A stretch of 64,000 bases of DNA, taken from NCBI RefSeq assembly GCF_009914755.1, contig NC_060925.1, one strand, 5' to 3'. Source of the DNA: the human T2T-CHM13v2.0 reference genome, Homo sapiens. A program made the position numbers and the translations under genes. The notes beneath the pieces were generated by a model, which made no database searches, had not been told where the DNA came from, and saw nothing but the letters and a program-made list of their open reading frames with translations. Of the stretch, positions 1-14,069 are shown piece after piece. Positions within the stretch are counted from its first letter, which is position 1; each line of letters starts with the position of its first letter.

Positions 1-1090
1 AAATAATTATTATGGGTACATAAGAGTTGTATATACTTACGGGGTACAGGTGATATTTTGATACAAGTAGAAAATGTGTAATGATAAAATCAGGGTCATT
101 GAGATATCCACAACTCAAGCATTGATCATTTCTTTGTATTAGGAATGTTACAATTATACCCCAAAAGTTATAAAGTATAATAATTATTGTTATAATTATT
201 AGTAACTATAGTCATTCCATTGTGCTACTGAATACTAGATTTATTCATTCTATCTAACTATAAGTTTGTCCCATTAACCATCATGCTTTATCCTCCCCTC
301 TCTGCTACCCTTCTCAGATTCTGGTAACCATCATTCTACTCTCTATTTCCATTAGTTTAAATTTTTTTAGCTCCCACATATGAGTGGCAACATGCAATAT
401 TTGTCTCTCTGTGCCAGGCTTATTTTCACTTGACATCATGTCCTCCAGTTCCATCCATGAAGGATTTCATTCTTTTTTTTGGCTGAAGAATATTTTGTTG
501 TGTATATGTACCATATTTTATTTATCCATTCATTCACTGATAGGCATTTAGGTTGCTTGGGTATCTTGGCTATAGTAAATAACGTTGCAATAAACATGGC
601 AGTGCCAATATCTCTTCAAAATACTGATTTCTTTTCTTCTGGACATATACCCAGCAAAGGGATTGCTGGATCATATGGTAGTTCTATTTTTAATTTTTTG
701 AGGAACCTCCATACTGTTCTCCATGGTGGCTGTACTAATTGACATTTCCACCTACAACGGTGTGTAAGATTTCCTTTCACTCCGTACCCTTGCCAGCATT
801 CATTACTGCTTGTCTTTTAGATTAAAGTCCTGTTAGCTTGAGTGTGATAATATCTCACTGTAGTTTTGATTTCCAATTCTCTGATGATTCGCGGTGCTGA
901 GTAAATTTCTATATATGTGCTGGCCATTTGTATGTCTTCTTTGAGAAATGTCTATTCAGGTATTTTGCCCATTTTAAAATCAGATATTTTTCCTATTGAG
1001 TTGTTTGAATTCCTTATCTGTTCTACTTATCAATTTCTTGTCAGATGGGTAGTTTACGAATATTTTATCTCATCCTGTGGGTTGTCTTAT
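1..1090 (-). mobile_element. LINE-1 3' end (L1MA-type), antisense, runs off the window start
   Basis: Antisense L1MA 3'UTR (ggggtacaggtgatattttgatac...) followed by antisense ORF2 C-terminal sequence (gggattgctggatcatatggtagttctatttttaattttttgaggaacctccatactgtt). ORFs 479-742 and 917-1135 are antisense read-throughs. Confidence 0.9.
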
Positions 1091-2616
1091 CTCATTGTAA
1101 TACCTAGTAAACTCCCTGAAGCTCTGGTCAAATAATAGCATTGTTCTGTTCTAATTTTGAGTGATTCGTGCCATTTAACTTTTGTTACAGCTGACATTAC
1201 CAGCTTCTCTATACTACCCCTATGATCAGAGCAAAAAGGCTATACCGATAGCCTCATGTTATATTCTGCGATTCCTTCCAGTAACATGCCTTTGGTTATG
1301 CTTTTCTATAATGCAGAAAAAATGTGGAGAAAAAATGGTCCCATCCTTCCTCATTTCCCAAACTCCAGATTTTTAAATCAGATATATGCTAAAAATGAAA
1401 TGACACATCCCCTCTGTAATTTTTCTTTCATGGACTAGAACTATTTTTTTATATATGCTATGATAGCGTTTAATTTATTGCTCTCTAAAGGCTCTAATCA
1501 TTTTCTACTGTCTTTTTTTTTATTTGTATTCATGCTTTACTTCTCCAGATAGACACAAATCAAGTCACATTACTTATATACCATTGAATCACCCACAGAG
1601 CAGGGTGGCACATCTTTCAAAGAGTAGGAACTTGATCATACTTTAGGGGAAGGGGGGAGAACTAATAAATTATGCAAAATATGTACAGCTGAAATTAAGA
1701 GTTACAGATGCAAGATATTTTGGAAATCTATACAAACAGTTTTAAGAATAAGTGCATATATTTCTTCATCTAATATCTTATGCAGAGTAAAAATAACTGA
1801 TTCATGGATTTCCCAATTCTGGAATTTGGCAGTAATTTTGAATTTGAAAAAAAATCTTAAGAAAAAGTTTTTGGACTAGTTTAAGAAATATATATAAGTG
1901 TCTGGAGAAAATGCTTTTTATATATTCTAATTTACATTTATGACTATCCTCCCTTAAAAAATTAAATTAAAAAATTGGATCAAGAGAATGTGCTTGGCTT
2001 TGTCTTTTTGTATGGAGTTAATAAATCATTCTCTTTCCCAAATTTATTTTCTTAAGCAATAAATATGTACAAGGAAATATAAGTTTATTCTGTCTCTGTA
2101 AATCTTGGTAAACATAGAAAAGATGTTTAAAGTCAGATTTGTAAGAAGTCTAAAAGACTAATGCTTAGTGCTGTTTTTGCAATTAGGCTCACTAACTTAG
2201 ATTGAATGTTTTTGGAAATCTATTGTAAATTGGTAGTAGGAATATGGATTACATATATCCTTACAAAATTCATTAATATACTTCTTGGTATCACACTGGC
2301 TCCTGACTCAAAGAGTATTTTACGTTCTCCTTTAATTACTCAGATTACTAATGTAGAATTTAATTAATGATTACTCATTAACAAAAATTATCTTTATTTC
2401 TCACATTTTTAAGATAAAGTGAAAAATTCTGTGAATAAAAATTTCAACACATTTTAAGTTAAATCTAAAAGCAGATTTTCGACTTGGATTATGCAGTTTA
2501 TAAATATCTAGTTTAAGTTGTAAGAACAAATATAAAACATAACAAAACAAACTCTCCAACAATTTTTTTCCTTCTTTTACTTTATGGATATATTTAAGAA
2601 CAACTTTTTTTCTGAC

Positions 2617-3142
2617 ACTATATTAGCTACCTCATGTTTTGTAACATATCACTCCAAAACTTAAGTAGTTTAAACAATTGTAATTATTACATCTTTATAA
2701 TTTCAGAGAATTGGGAAATCCAGAATAACTTGATTATGCAGTTCTTGTTCAGATTGTTTCCTAAGGTTCCAATGAGTTATTCTGGGGCTCTGGTCATCTG
2801 AAGGCCTTACTGGGATGGAGGCGCCATTTGCAAAATGTTAATTTATGTAAAGTAGCAAATTGGTACTTACTACTTTATATAGTGATATAGCCTTAGTTTT
2901 TCTCCACATGGGCCCCTTAATAGGGTTGCTTAAGTGTCCTGATTCCATAACATCCGGCTTCCCCAGAACCAGATCAAGAGCAAGAAAGATTTAATACCCT
3001 TATCCTTACGTCAGAAGTCACATACTCTCTCTTCTGTCATACTCTGTTGTTCACACTGGCGGGCCCTGCTTCAATATTGGAGGAACAGCCTGTATACCAG
3101 GAGCTGAGACTCATTCCAGGCTATCTTGAAGGGTGTCTACCA
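2617..3142 (-). mobile_element. MLT1-family (ERVL-MaLR) solo LTR, old subfamily
   Basis: MLT1 antisense motifs gtaacatatcactccaaaacttaagtagtttaaac, gtcatctgaaggccttactgg, ctccacatgggcccctt, tcagaagtcaca. Confidence 0.7.
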
Positions 3143-3149
3143 TTAAGCT

Positions 3150-3473
3150 TAATAACTTTAATTAGCATATCTAAACTTCAGTTTTCTTTTCTGTAAAATG
3201 AGTGGTATGGACTAGATTAGAATCTGCGAACTTTTTTTCAGTAAAGAGCAAGAAAGTAAATATTTTATGATCTGTGGGTCATATAATCCCTGTTGCATCT
3301 ACTTAACTCTTTGGTTTAGCACAAAAGAGGATGTAAATTACACAAATGAATGTACACTGTTTTCAAAAGAAAAAACTTTGTTCACCAAATAAATTTGGAT
3401 TTGACTTACATAATATAGCTTGCTGACCCTGGACTAAATGATTGCCAAGATTTCTTTCATTTTAGAGATTCTA
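3150..3473 (+). mobile_element. MIR fragment interrupted by MER58A
   Basis: MIR core cttcagttttcttttctgtaaaatgag...ggactagat, resuming after 3431 as gactaaatgattgccaagatttc. Confidence 0.6.
3218..3431 (+). mobile_element. MER58A (hAT-Charlie non-autonomous DNA transposon)
   Basis: Resembles the recalled MER58A consensus (gcgaactttttttcagtaaagagc...agtaaatatttta...tagcttgctgaccctg). 8-bp TSD gactagat (3210-3217) / gactaaat (3432-3439). Confidence 0.8.
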
Positions 3474-3581
3474 ATTATATATTATATATGTAGGATATAG
3501 AATTTCCATTCCATATTATTTTAAAAGAGTAAGCACAGTGTATATATACAATAATGTTGAAAAATATTAAAGACATGTGCT

Positions 3582-3978
3582 TGTTATGGATAAAATTTTG
3601 TCCTTACCAGATTTTTATGTTGAAGTCCTAACACCCAGTGTAACTTTGTTTGAAGATAGGGTCTTTAAGGAGGTAATTATGGCTAAATGGTGTCATAAGA
3701 CTGGGGCCCTACTCCAAAAGGACTAGTGTCCTTATGAGAATATCAAAAGGCACCAGAGATCCCTCTCTGTCTGTGAGGGCACAGAGAGAAGGCCATGTAA
3801 AGACACAGAATAAAAGCGCTTATCTGCCAGCTAGGAAGAGAGGTCTCATCAGAAACTAAATATGCTGGTACCTTCATCTTGAACTTGCAATTTTCAGAAC
3901 TTTGAGAAAATAAATTTCTGTTGTTCAAGTCACTTAACCTGTGGCATTCTGTTATTGCAGCCTGAGCAGATTAATACT
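3582..3978 (+). mobile_element. MLT1A/MLT1B (ERVL-MaLR) solo LTR
   Basis: Starts tgttatgga, contains tgttgaagtcctaacacccagtg, gaagatagggtctttaaggaggtaatta and aataaatttctgttgttcaag, ends gcagcctgagcagattaatac. Confidence 0.9.
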
Positions 3979-4611
3979 ACTCACAACATTTTCAGATTTT
4001 ATTATGCTAATAACATACAAACCTATTACAGTTTTCCCTTCTTAAAATTATCCCTTTCTTTGACCTTACATTTCCCTGTAGGCTACATCTTTTTTCTATA
4101 ATTCTTTTTATTACAGAATTACTACAATAATTATCTTTTACTACCTCTACTTCCTATGATGGCATTACAATTACACTTTCTTCCCCACCACCGTACGGAA
4201 ATAATTCTTGTCAAAGTCACCATGTTCAATGGTCAAGCCTTAGTACTCCTTTACGGTCCTCTCACCTCCATTTAATACATATTCTCACTCTGTCCTTTTG
4301 AAACACTCTTTTTTTATCTTCCTGGGTTTCATACTATGTCATGTTCCTGTTTCCTCAATATTCCTTCTCAAGCATCTTCAAATGATATTTCTACTGTTAG
4401 TAAAATATGCCAGGATTCAGGCCTACAGCCTCTTTTCTTCTGCATTAATACTGAAAAACAGTATTATTTGTGATTCTATCTGCACTGATGGTTCTAAATA
4501 CTTTTATGTACTGTTTTTAATACATGCAAAATTGTTTCTAGTCCTGACCTCCCCCTGAATTCCAAATTTATATATGTAATTGTTAATTAGAAACAATTAC
4601 CTATTGTGTCT

Positions 4612-4922
4612 GCAACCGGATACCTGTCCAAGGTCTGTTAGGGACCCCGTCCACACAGCAGGAAGTAAGCAGTGGGCAACTGAGCATTACGCCTGAGCTC
4701 CACCACCTGTCAGATCAACGGTGACGTTAGATTCTCATAGGAGCTCAAACCCTATTGTGAACTGTGCATGCGAGGGATCTAGGTTGTGTGCTCCTTATGA
4801 AAATTTGATGATAAATGTAATGTACTTGAATCATCCCGAAACTATACCCCACTCCCTGTGGTCTGTGGAAAAGTTGTCTTCCATGAAACAGGTCCCTGGT
4901 GCCAAAAAATTGGGGACAGCTG
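4612..4922 (+). mobile_element. MER1 (MER1A/B, hAT-Charlie) DNA transposon
   Basis: tgagcattacgcctgagctccaccacctgtcagatca...ttagattctcataggagc...cgagggatctaggttgtgtgctccttatga...ggtccctggtgccaaaaaattggggacagctg. Confidence 0.9.
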
Positions 4923-5103
4923 TAATAGACATTTGTAACTAAAAAGCCCCAGTGTAGTTTTCAATACCCACTGCCCACCAGTCTTGTTGTTTTACCATGT
5001 TCCTGATATCAAGAAATGATGCCATTATACATGGAGTTGCTCAAGCCAGAACCAGAGAATCAGGTATATTATGGAGCTGATTGGTACTGATTTATGAAAG
5101 CCT

Positions 5104-5546
5104 TGTTAACAGATGTGAACCTGAGAGGGCCAAACCTTCAAGATGATCCCATGTGACTATCTGGGTCTAAATTTTCTATAGAGTCAAATGGCCATTTGCT
5201 GACTAAAGGTCACACACCTAGAATAAGTTCTCTTAAAACCCAAACCTCTGTTTAAATTTGAGACTTTTCCAAGTTTAGCTGTATCAACCAATCAGGGTTC
5301 ATATGCATTAACCAATCAAAACTCAGCTGCAGTGATCAATCAAACTAAGCAAGTTTTTGTCTTCATTTAAATAAATGAACTGACTGGAAACCTGAGCAGG
5401 AACTTTTGCTTTAAAACCCAAACCCTCCATTTGTTCCCTGGAACACACCTTTATTTTACACCAAAGTCTGCATCTTCCTGGTTTGCAAACTTTTCATTGG
5501 AATAATGTATCTTTCCTCCAAATTCTTTTTCAGAGAACTGTTCACA
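5104..5546 (+). mobile_element. ERVL solo LTR (LTR47A-like)
   Basis: TG...CA termini (tgttaacagatgtgaacctgag...ttcaca), repeated aaccaatca CCAAT boxes, TATA-like tttaaaa. Resembles the recalled LTR47A 5' end. Confidence 0.75.
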
Positions 5547-5661
5547 GCTTATTGTTATTTCTTTAGAAATTTTGTGAGCTGATTTTTAAAATAATCCACT
5601 ATTAAATTATAGAATGAAACTATATTCGAATACCTGAAACTATACAAAAAGTTCAGGTGAT

Positions 5662-5714
5662 AAATAGTTTTAAGTGAGAAATAGTTTTCAAGTGAGTAAT
5701 AGTTTTCAAGTGAG
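5662..5714. repeat. 3 x 17-18-bp tandem repeat (aatagttttcaagtgag)
   Basis: Three adjacent copies read directly. Confidence 0.9.
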
Positions 5715-6584
5715 AAAACAATTGGGATCAGTACTGATCACATTTAGCTGACAGACATTTCAGTTCAAAAAACATAAAATTATCAGTGAAAAATTAGCAG
5801 TAAGTTAATATTCATGGTTGAGAAATTAACAGTATGTCACAAATCAGATTTAATAAGAGTTAGTACATTTTCATGCTACTCCATTTGTCACATCATGGTT
5901 GAATTGTAATCATAGGTTGTCTACAGATACAAAATTTTGGCAGAAAAAAGAACAATCAACAATATGTCTTGAATAAATTGGTTATATGAAAATCATAATA
6001 TGTATTTTATATCTCATTAATATTTGGATATTGTGTGCTACAAATATACACACACATAATTTTGAAAAGCCATTTATCAAACATTTACTGGTACACTGTT
6101 GCTTCAATTCATCTTTGACTCTTCTCTTTTCTTATGCTGTGTATCCAATCCATCAGCAAATTCTATTAGTTCCACAAAATAGATCTCCAATCCATGCACT
6201 TAATCCTAACTTGTCTACCATTACCTTAGATAAAGCTATAATCAACTTTTTCCTAAGATACTGCGATAATTTCCTAACTGAGCTCTCTGTTAGTCTTTCC
6301 TAATTATTTTCCATTTTGTCATAGGAATCTGGATCATCCTTTCAAAACTTCTAACCAATCACATCATTACCTTCCTTAAAACTCCAATGACATTTCAAAA
6401 AAACTGGGAGAAAGTCTTTAATGTAATATTCAGGAAATTACCTTCTCCAACATTATTTTTGTCTGCTCACTCTTTTATTCCCTTCAGCTCCTTGAACATT
6501 TTGCCATTCCTTAAGTATTCCAGGTTTGTTTCACCTCAACTATCTTATAAAAAAGCTTTTCTTCCTTTCCTTTACTTTCCTCTT

Positions 6585-6907
<323 letters not shown>

Positions 6908-7075
6908 GAGGAAGGTGTTACTTAATGATTCTCACCTTTCTTTCTTTCATTTAGCTGTTCATATAAACATTTGATCCTCAGTGGGATCGTCTCTGACCAG
7001 CTTAATGAAAATGGCATCTCCTAGTATCTCTTAAAATGCTATATTTAATTTTCAGTTCCTTATATATCTCCACCA

Positions 7076-10000
7076 GAACGAGTGCTGGTATCCACAGCTG
7101 AGAGACTCATAGATGGTTCATATCACAGGACTCTGTGCAGATAACCTCCAGTACCAGCTCAGAGCCAGGTAGACTTGCTGGGCGTTTAGACCCCAAAGAC
7201 AGATAAAAATCACTGCAGCTTGGCTCACAGGAAGTCACATCCATAGGAAAAGGGGAGAGTACTACATCAAGGGAACACCCCATGGGACAAAAGGATCTGA
7301 ACAAGAGCCTTCAGCCCTAGACCTTCCCTCTGACAGAGCCTACCCAAATGAGAATGAACCACAAAACCACCTCTGGTAATATGACAAAACAAGGTTCTTT
7401 AACATCCCCCAAAAATCACACTAGTTCACCAGCAATGGATCCAAACCAAAAAGAAATCTCTGATTTACTTGAATAGTAATTCAGGAGGTTAGTTATTAAG
7501 CTAATCAGGGAGGCACCAGAGAAAAGTGAAGACTAATACAAGGAAATCCAAAAAATAATGCGAGAAGGGAGAAATATTCAGGGAAATAGATAGCATAAAG
7601 AAAAAACAATCAAAATTTCAGGACACATTGGACACACTTATAGAAATGCAAAATGCTCTGGAAAGTCTTAACAATAGAGTTGAACAAGTAGAATAAAGAA
7701 GTTCAGAGCTCAAAGACAAGATCTTTGAATTACCCAATCCAACAAAGACAAAGAAAAAAGAATAAGAAAATATGAACAAAGCCTCCAAGAAGTCTGGGAT
7801 TATGTTAAGCGATCAAACCTAAGAATAATTGATGTTCCTGAGGAAGAAATATAAAGGTTTGGAAAACATATTTGGGGGAATATTCAAGGAAAACATCCCC
7901 AGCCTTGCTAGAAACCTAGACATCCAAATACCTCAGCAGAAACCCTACAAGCTAGAAAGGATTGGGGTCCTATCTTCAGCTTCTTCAAACAAAACAATTA
8001 TCAGGCAAAAATTTTGTATCCAGTGAAACTAAGCATCATATATGAAGGAAAAATACAGTCTTTTTCTGACAAACAAATGCTGAGAGACTCACCACTACCA
8101 AGCCACCAGTACAAAAACTGCTAAAAGGAGCTCTAAATCTTGAAACAACTCCTGGAAACACATGAAAACAGAACCTCTTTAAAGCATAAATCACAAGGGA
8201 CCTATAAAACAAAAATGCAAGTTAAAAAGCAAAAACAAAAAACAAAACGAAATAAAGGTTCACAGGCAATAGCACGATGAATGCAACAGTACCTCATATC
8301 TTAATACTAACGTTGAATGTAAATGGGCTAAATGCTCCACGTAAAAGATACAGAAATGCAAAATGAATACGAACTCACCAACCAACTCTCTGCTGCCTTC
8401 AGGAGACTCATCTAACACAAAGGACTCATATGAACTTAAAATAAAGGGGTGGAAAAAGGAATTTCATGCAAATGAACACCAAAAGCTAGCAGGGGTAGCT
8501 ATTCTTCTATCAGACAAAACAAATTTTAAAGAAACATCAGTTAAAAGAGACAAAGAGGGACATTATATAATGGTAAAAGGCCTTTTTCAAGAGGAAAATA
8601 TCACAATCCTAAACATATGTGCACCTAACACTGGAGCTCCCAAATTTATAAAACAATTACTAATAGATCTAAGAAATGAGATAGATAGTAACATAGTAAC
8701 AGTGGGGACTTCAATACTCCGCTGACATCACTAGACAGGTCATCAAGAGAGAAAGTCAACAAAGAAACAATGCATTTAAACTATATCTGAACAAATGGAC
8801 CTAACAGATAAATACAGAACATTTCATCCAACAACTGCACAGTACACATTCTATTTCTACTCAACAGCACATGGAACTTTCTCCAAGATAGACCATATGA
8901 AAGGCCACAAAATGAACCTCAATAAATTTAAGAAAATCGAAATTATATCAAGCACCCTCTCAGCCCACAGTGCAATGAAACTGGAAATCAACTCCAAAAG
9001 GAACCTTCAAAACATGCAAATACATGGAAATTAAATAACCTGCTTCTGAATGAGCATTGGGTCAAAAACAAAATCAAGATAGAAATAAAAATTCTTCAAA
9101 CTGAATGACAATAATAACACAACCTATCAAAACCTCTGGGATACAGTAAAGGTGGAGCTAAGAGGAAAATGCATAGCCCTAAACACCTATATCAAAAAGA
9201 CTGAAAGAGCACAAACTGACATTCTAAGGTCACACCTCAAGGAACTAGGGAAACAAGAACAAACCAAACCCTAACCCAGCATAAGAAAGGAAATAACCAA
9301 TATCAGAGCAGAACTAAATGAAATTGAAACAAAAAAATGCAAAAGATAAATGAAACAAAAAGTTGGTTTCTTGTAAAGATAAATAAAATAGTTAGGTTTT
9401 TATCAAGATTAACCAAAAAAAGAAGAGAGATCTGTATAACCTCATTAGGAAATGAAATTGGAGATGTTACAACTGACACTACTGAAATACAAAAGATCAT
9501 TCAAGACTGCTATGAACACTCTCACGCACATAAATTAGAAAACCTAGAAGAGAGAGATAAATACCTGGAACAACGCAACCCTCCTAGGTTAAATCAGGAG
9601 GAATTAGTTACCCTGAACAGACCAATAACCAGTACCAAGATTAAAACAGTAATTTAAAATTACCAACAAAAAAAGTCCAGGACCAGACGGATTCACAACA
9701 GAATTCTACTAGACATTCAAAGAAGAATTGGTACCAATCCTTTTGACACTATTATTACACAAGATAGAGAAAGACAGAAACATCCCTAATTCATTCTGTG
9801 AAGCCAGCATCACCCTTATAACAAAACCAGGAAAGAACACAACCAAAAAACAAAACTACAGACCAATATCCTTGATGTACATAAATACTAAAATCCTTAA
9901 CAAAACACTAGCTAATCGAATCCGACAACATATCAAAAAGAAAATCCACCATGAACAAGTGAGTTTCATACCAGGGATGTAGGGATGGTTTAACATAAGC

Positions 10001-12380
10001 AAGTCAATAAATGTGATACACCACATAAACAGAATTGAAAACAAAAATCACGTGATCATCTGAATAGATGCAGAAAAAGCCTTTGACAAAATCCAGTATC
10101 CCTTTATGATTAAGACTCTCAGCAAAATTGGCATGCAAGGGACGTACCTCAACATAATAAAAGCCATCTATGGCAAACCCACAGCCAACATAATACTGAA
10201 GGAGGAAAAGTTGTAAGCATTCCCTCTGAGAGCTGAAACAAGACAAGGATGCCCCCCCTCTCACCACTCCTCTTTAACACAGTACTGGAAGTCCCAGCCA
10301 GAGCAATCAGACAAGAGAAAGAAATAAAGGACATCCAAATTGGTAAAGAGGAAGTCAAATTGTCATTGTTTTCTAATGATATGATTGTTTACCTTGAAAA
10401 CCCTGAAGACTCCTCCAGAAAGTGCCTAGAACTGGTAAAAGAATTCAGCAAAGTTTCCAGATACAAGATTAATGTGCGCAAACCAGTAGCTCTTCTATAC
10501 ACCAACAGCAATCAAGCTGAGAATCAAATCAAGAACTCAAACCCTTTTACAGTAGCTGCAAAAATAATGAAATACTTAGGAATATATATAACCAAGGAGG
10601 TGAAAGTCCTTTACAAGGAAAACTACAAAACACTGCTGAAATAAATCACAGACGACACAAATGGAAACACATCCCAGGTACATGGCTGGGTAGAATCAAT
10701 ATTGTGAAAATTACCATACTTAACATACTGCCAAAAGCAATCTCCAAATTCAATGCAATTCCCATCAAAATACCACCATCATTATTCACATAATTAGAAA
10801 AAACAATTCTAAAATTCATATGGAACCAAAAAAAGCGCCAGCATAGCCAAAGCAAGATTAAGCAAAAGAACAAATCTGGAGGCATCACACTACCTGATTT
10901 CAAACTAAACTATAAGGTCATAGTCACAAAACAGCATGGTACTGGTATAAAAATAGGCACATAAACCAGTGGAACAAAATAGAGAACCCAGAAATAAACC
11001 CAAATACTTACAGACAGCTGATCTTTGACAAAGCAAACAAAAACATAAAGTGGGGAAAGGATACCCTCTTCAAAAAATGGTGCTGGGATAATTGGCTAGC
11101 TACATGTAAGAGAATGAAACTGGATCCTCATCTCTCATTTATACAAAAATCAACTCAAGATAGATTAAGGACTTAAATCTAAGAACTGAAACTATAAAAA
11201 TTATAGAAGATAACATTGGAAAAAACCTTCTAGACATTGGCTTAGGCAAGGATTTCATGACCAAGAACTCAAATGCAAATGCAATAAAAACAAAGATAAA
11301 TAGCTGGGACCTAATTAAACTAAAGAGCTTTTGCACAGCAAAAGAACAGTCAGCAGAGAAAATGGAAAACCCACAGAGTGGGAGAAAATCTTCACAATCT
11401 ATACATCTGACAAAGGACTAATATCCAGAATCTACAGCAAACGCAAACAAATCAGAAAAAATATCTCATCAAAAATTTGGGTAGGGACATGAATACACAA
11501 TGCTAAAAATATACAAATGGTCAAGAAACATATGAAAAAATGCTCAACATCACTAATGATCAGGGAAACGCAAATCAAAACCACATTGCAATACCATCTT
11601 ACACCTGCAAGAATGGCTATAATAAAAAAATCAAGAAACAGCAGATATTGGTGTAGATGCTGTGAACATGCAACACTTCTACACTGCTGGTGGGAATGTA
11701 AACTAATACAGCCACTACAGCAAACAATGTGGATATTCCTTAAAGAACTAAAAGTAGAACTACCATTTGATCCAACAATCTCACTACTGGGTATCTACTC
11801 AGAGGAAAAAAAGTCATCATATGAAAAAGATACTTGCACAGGCATGTTTATAGCAGCAAAATTCGCAATTGCAAAATCGTGGAACCAACCCAAATGTCCA
11901 TCAATCAGTGAGTCGATAAAGAAACTGATAAAATGATATATATAAAATGATATATATATAATGATATATATAATGATATGATATGATATATATATATATA
12001 TAATGGAATACTACTCAACCATAAAAAGGAATGAATTTATGGCATTTGCAGTGACCTGGATGAGATTGGAGACTATAATTCTAAGTGAAGTAACTCAGGA
12101 ATGGAAAACCAAACATCTTATGTTCTCACTGATGTGTGGGAGCTAAGCTATGAGGATGCAAAGGCATAAGAATGATACAACGGACTTTAGGGACTTAAGA
12201 GGAAGGGTGGGAGAGGAACTAGGGATAAAAAAGACTACAAATACGGTGCAGTGTATACTACTCAGGTGATGAGTGCACCAAAATCTCACAAATCACCGCT
12301 AAAGAACGTGTTTAACCAAATACCACCTGTATCCCAATAACTTATGGAAAAATTGAAATTAAAATAAAAATTAAAAAAAA
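7076..12380 (+). mobile_element. L1PB1-type LINE-1, ~5.3 kb, 5'-truncated within the 5'UTR, ORF1/ORF2 inactivated
   Basis: ORF1 remnant ~7348-8190 with an internal deletion at ~7930. ORF2 endonuclease peptide (AGVAILLSDKTNFK...KRDKEGHYIMVKG...APNTGAPKFIKQ, 8363-8725), RT peptides (NYRPISLM; PLSPLLFN...[15 protein letters not shown]), C-terminal peptide ([10 protein letters not shown]). L1PB1 3'UTR (gagctaagctatgaggatgcaaaggcataagaatgatacaa) and A-rich tail. Many stops and frameshifts. Confidence 0.95.
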
Positions 12381-12403
12381 GACAAGCTACATGAGGTTAG
12401 CAG

Positions 12404-12444
12404 CGTGTGCGTGCGTGTGTGTGTGTGAGTGTGTGTGTGTGTGT
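12404..12444. repeat. (GT)n microsatellite
   Basis: Read directly. Confidence 0.9.
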
Positions 12445-12767
12445 TTGATTGTTTGTTTACTTCCATATTTCCAGAGTCCAGGATTGGATCTCAATATTAG
12501 GCTTTCAAAAAATTAGCTTATTTCCTTATTGACAACTCTAATTTAAATGTAAGTTTCATTCAGCAATAGGCCAATTTTATTTTTTTCATTCCTACACCAA
12601 CAGCATCAAAGAAGTTCTTTGAATTTAACAGAAAAGTCATAAATATTTGTTGAATTAATATTATTTTTGTTTCCATAGTGATATGGAAAACACGATGTGC
12701 CAAGAGAAAAATTTGTCTACCATTGAAAGCTTGTTACTAAAACATAATATTAGTTATTAAATATCCC

Positions 12768-13378
12768 TGTGTATATCAAAGAATTTAACATAGTCCAAAA
12801 TGAGGTCTTGCCTTTGGCCTTGGCTTATGAGAGGTAATTCCTAATGCCATGGAATGCCATGCCTGTTCAGTGGCTTTGTTTGAGATCTTTGGCCAGCCAG
12901 AGAGTAACATGTGGTTTAGTGATGATCCCTTGGGTCTGAAAGTATTAGTTTGATATCCTGAGAGTCTAGAGGCTGAGATCAGCCATGTTGTCAGTCAACC
13001 ATACTGACATGATGAAGCCTAAATAAATACTCAAGATTCGTGTAAACTTTCCTGGTTGGTAATATTTCATATGCATTACCACACATCAAAGTGGAGAAAT
13101 TAACACTGTCTATGAGTTCATGGGGAGAGTAAAACAGAAGTTTTGTTTTTGATACTTTTCCCAGACTCTGCTATATATGCTTTCTCCCTTGGCTGATTTT
13201 AACCTGTATCCTTTTCCTACAATAACCACAATCGTGGATATAACAGCTTTCAATAAATCCTGTGAGACCTTCTAGTGAATGATGAAATCTGAGGAGATTT
13301 AGGGGACGTTATGTTGAACTTGCAGTTGGTGTCAGAAATGATGGTCTTATATGCATTTGTATACCCTCTAACTTTGTA
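12768..13378 (+). mobile_element. ERVL LTR, MER77/MER21 group
   Basis: ggctgagatcagccatg, aactttcctggttggtaata, ctcccttggctgattttaacctgtatcctttt, tataacagctttc, gaacttgcagttggtgtcaga. Confidence 0.75.
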
Positions 13379-13477
13379 CTATACCTTTAATAGACACAAA
13401 TGCTATTCTTTGAGTTATTCATAGAATATGATTTTACAGTCGAGGTTTGCTTTCTTTTTGCTTTGATTTTAATCTCT

Positions 13478-13605
13478 AGTGGATATAGTGCACCATCCTG
13501 ATTCCACCCATGTAGTGGAATCAGACTGTAGTGCACCATTCTGATTCCCCTTTATGAACAAGGCATTCTTCCTCCTAGTTGTTCAGAAAGCAGCTAGCTA
13601 AGTCC
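13478..13605 (+). mobile_element. LTR16-like (ERVL) 5' fragment
   Basis: actgtagtgcaccattctgattcccctttatgaacaaggcattcttcctcctagttg resembles the recalled LTR16 5' end. Confidence 0.45.
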
Positions 13606-13934
13606 ATCAGGACTAGAGAGCAAGGAAATGAGCAACAATTTGTAAAATATATGCAAGACTTGCACCCTGGAACTAAATAACATTGTTGAGAATAATTAAA
13701 GAAGACAAATAAATGGAATGATAAATTTATAAATTTGAAGACACTAATTTTTAAGATGATAGTTCTCCCCTAAATTGATTTATACATTAAACATATTTCC
13801 AATTGAAATCTCAGCAGGCTTTTTATAGAAACATAAAAGTAAATTCTAATATTTACATGGACATGCAAATAACTTAGACGAAGATGGACAAAATAGGAAT
13901 GAAGTCCAGATGACTCCTGGTATTTAAGATTTCT

Positions 13935-14069
13935 GGGGGGAACATTTCTATACCCATTAATTTATGTACTTTGTGCTACTTCAACAGAGGTGAGTAGTTA
14001 CAAAAGAAATCATATGGGCCATAAGCGTTAACTCTCTTACTTTTAACAGAATAATTTTTCTGAATTCTG
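13935..14069 (-). mobile_element. MER58-like fragment
   Basis: cagaggtgagtagttacaaaagaaatcatatgggccataagc resembles antisense MER58. Confidence 0.5.

Larger units (their letters stand above)
5061..6101. mobile_element. MER63-like (hAT-Blackjack) DNA transposon, interrupted by an LTR
   Basis: Start ggagctgattggtactgatttatgaaagcc, resumes attgttatttctttagaaattttgtgagctg after 5546, ends aaacatttactggtacactgttg. Confidence 0.6.

Noticed and set aside
5662-5714. Short repeats as a CRISPR-like array
   Set aside because: Adjacent tandem copies with no spacers, in eukaryotic DNA.
8363-11936. Endonuclease, RT and C-terminal ORFs as a functional reverse-transcriptase gene or novel retro-system
   Set aside because: They are collinear fragments of one L1PB1 ORF2 broken by many stops and frameshifts, and the catalytic FADD motif reads FSND.
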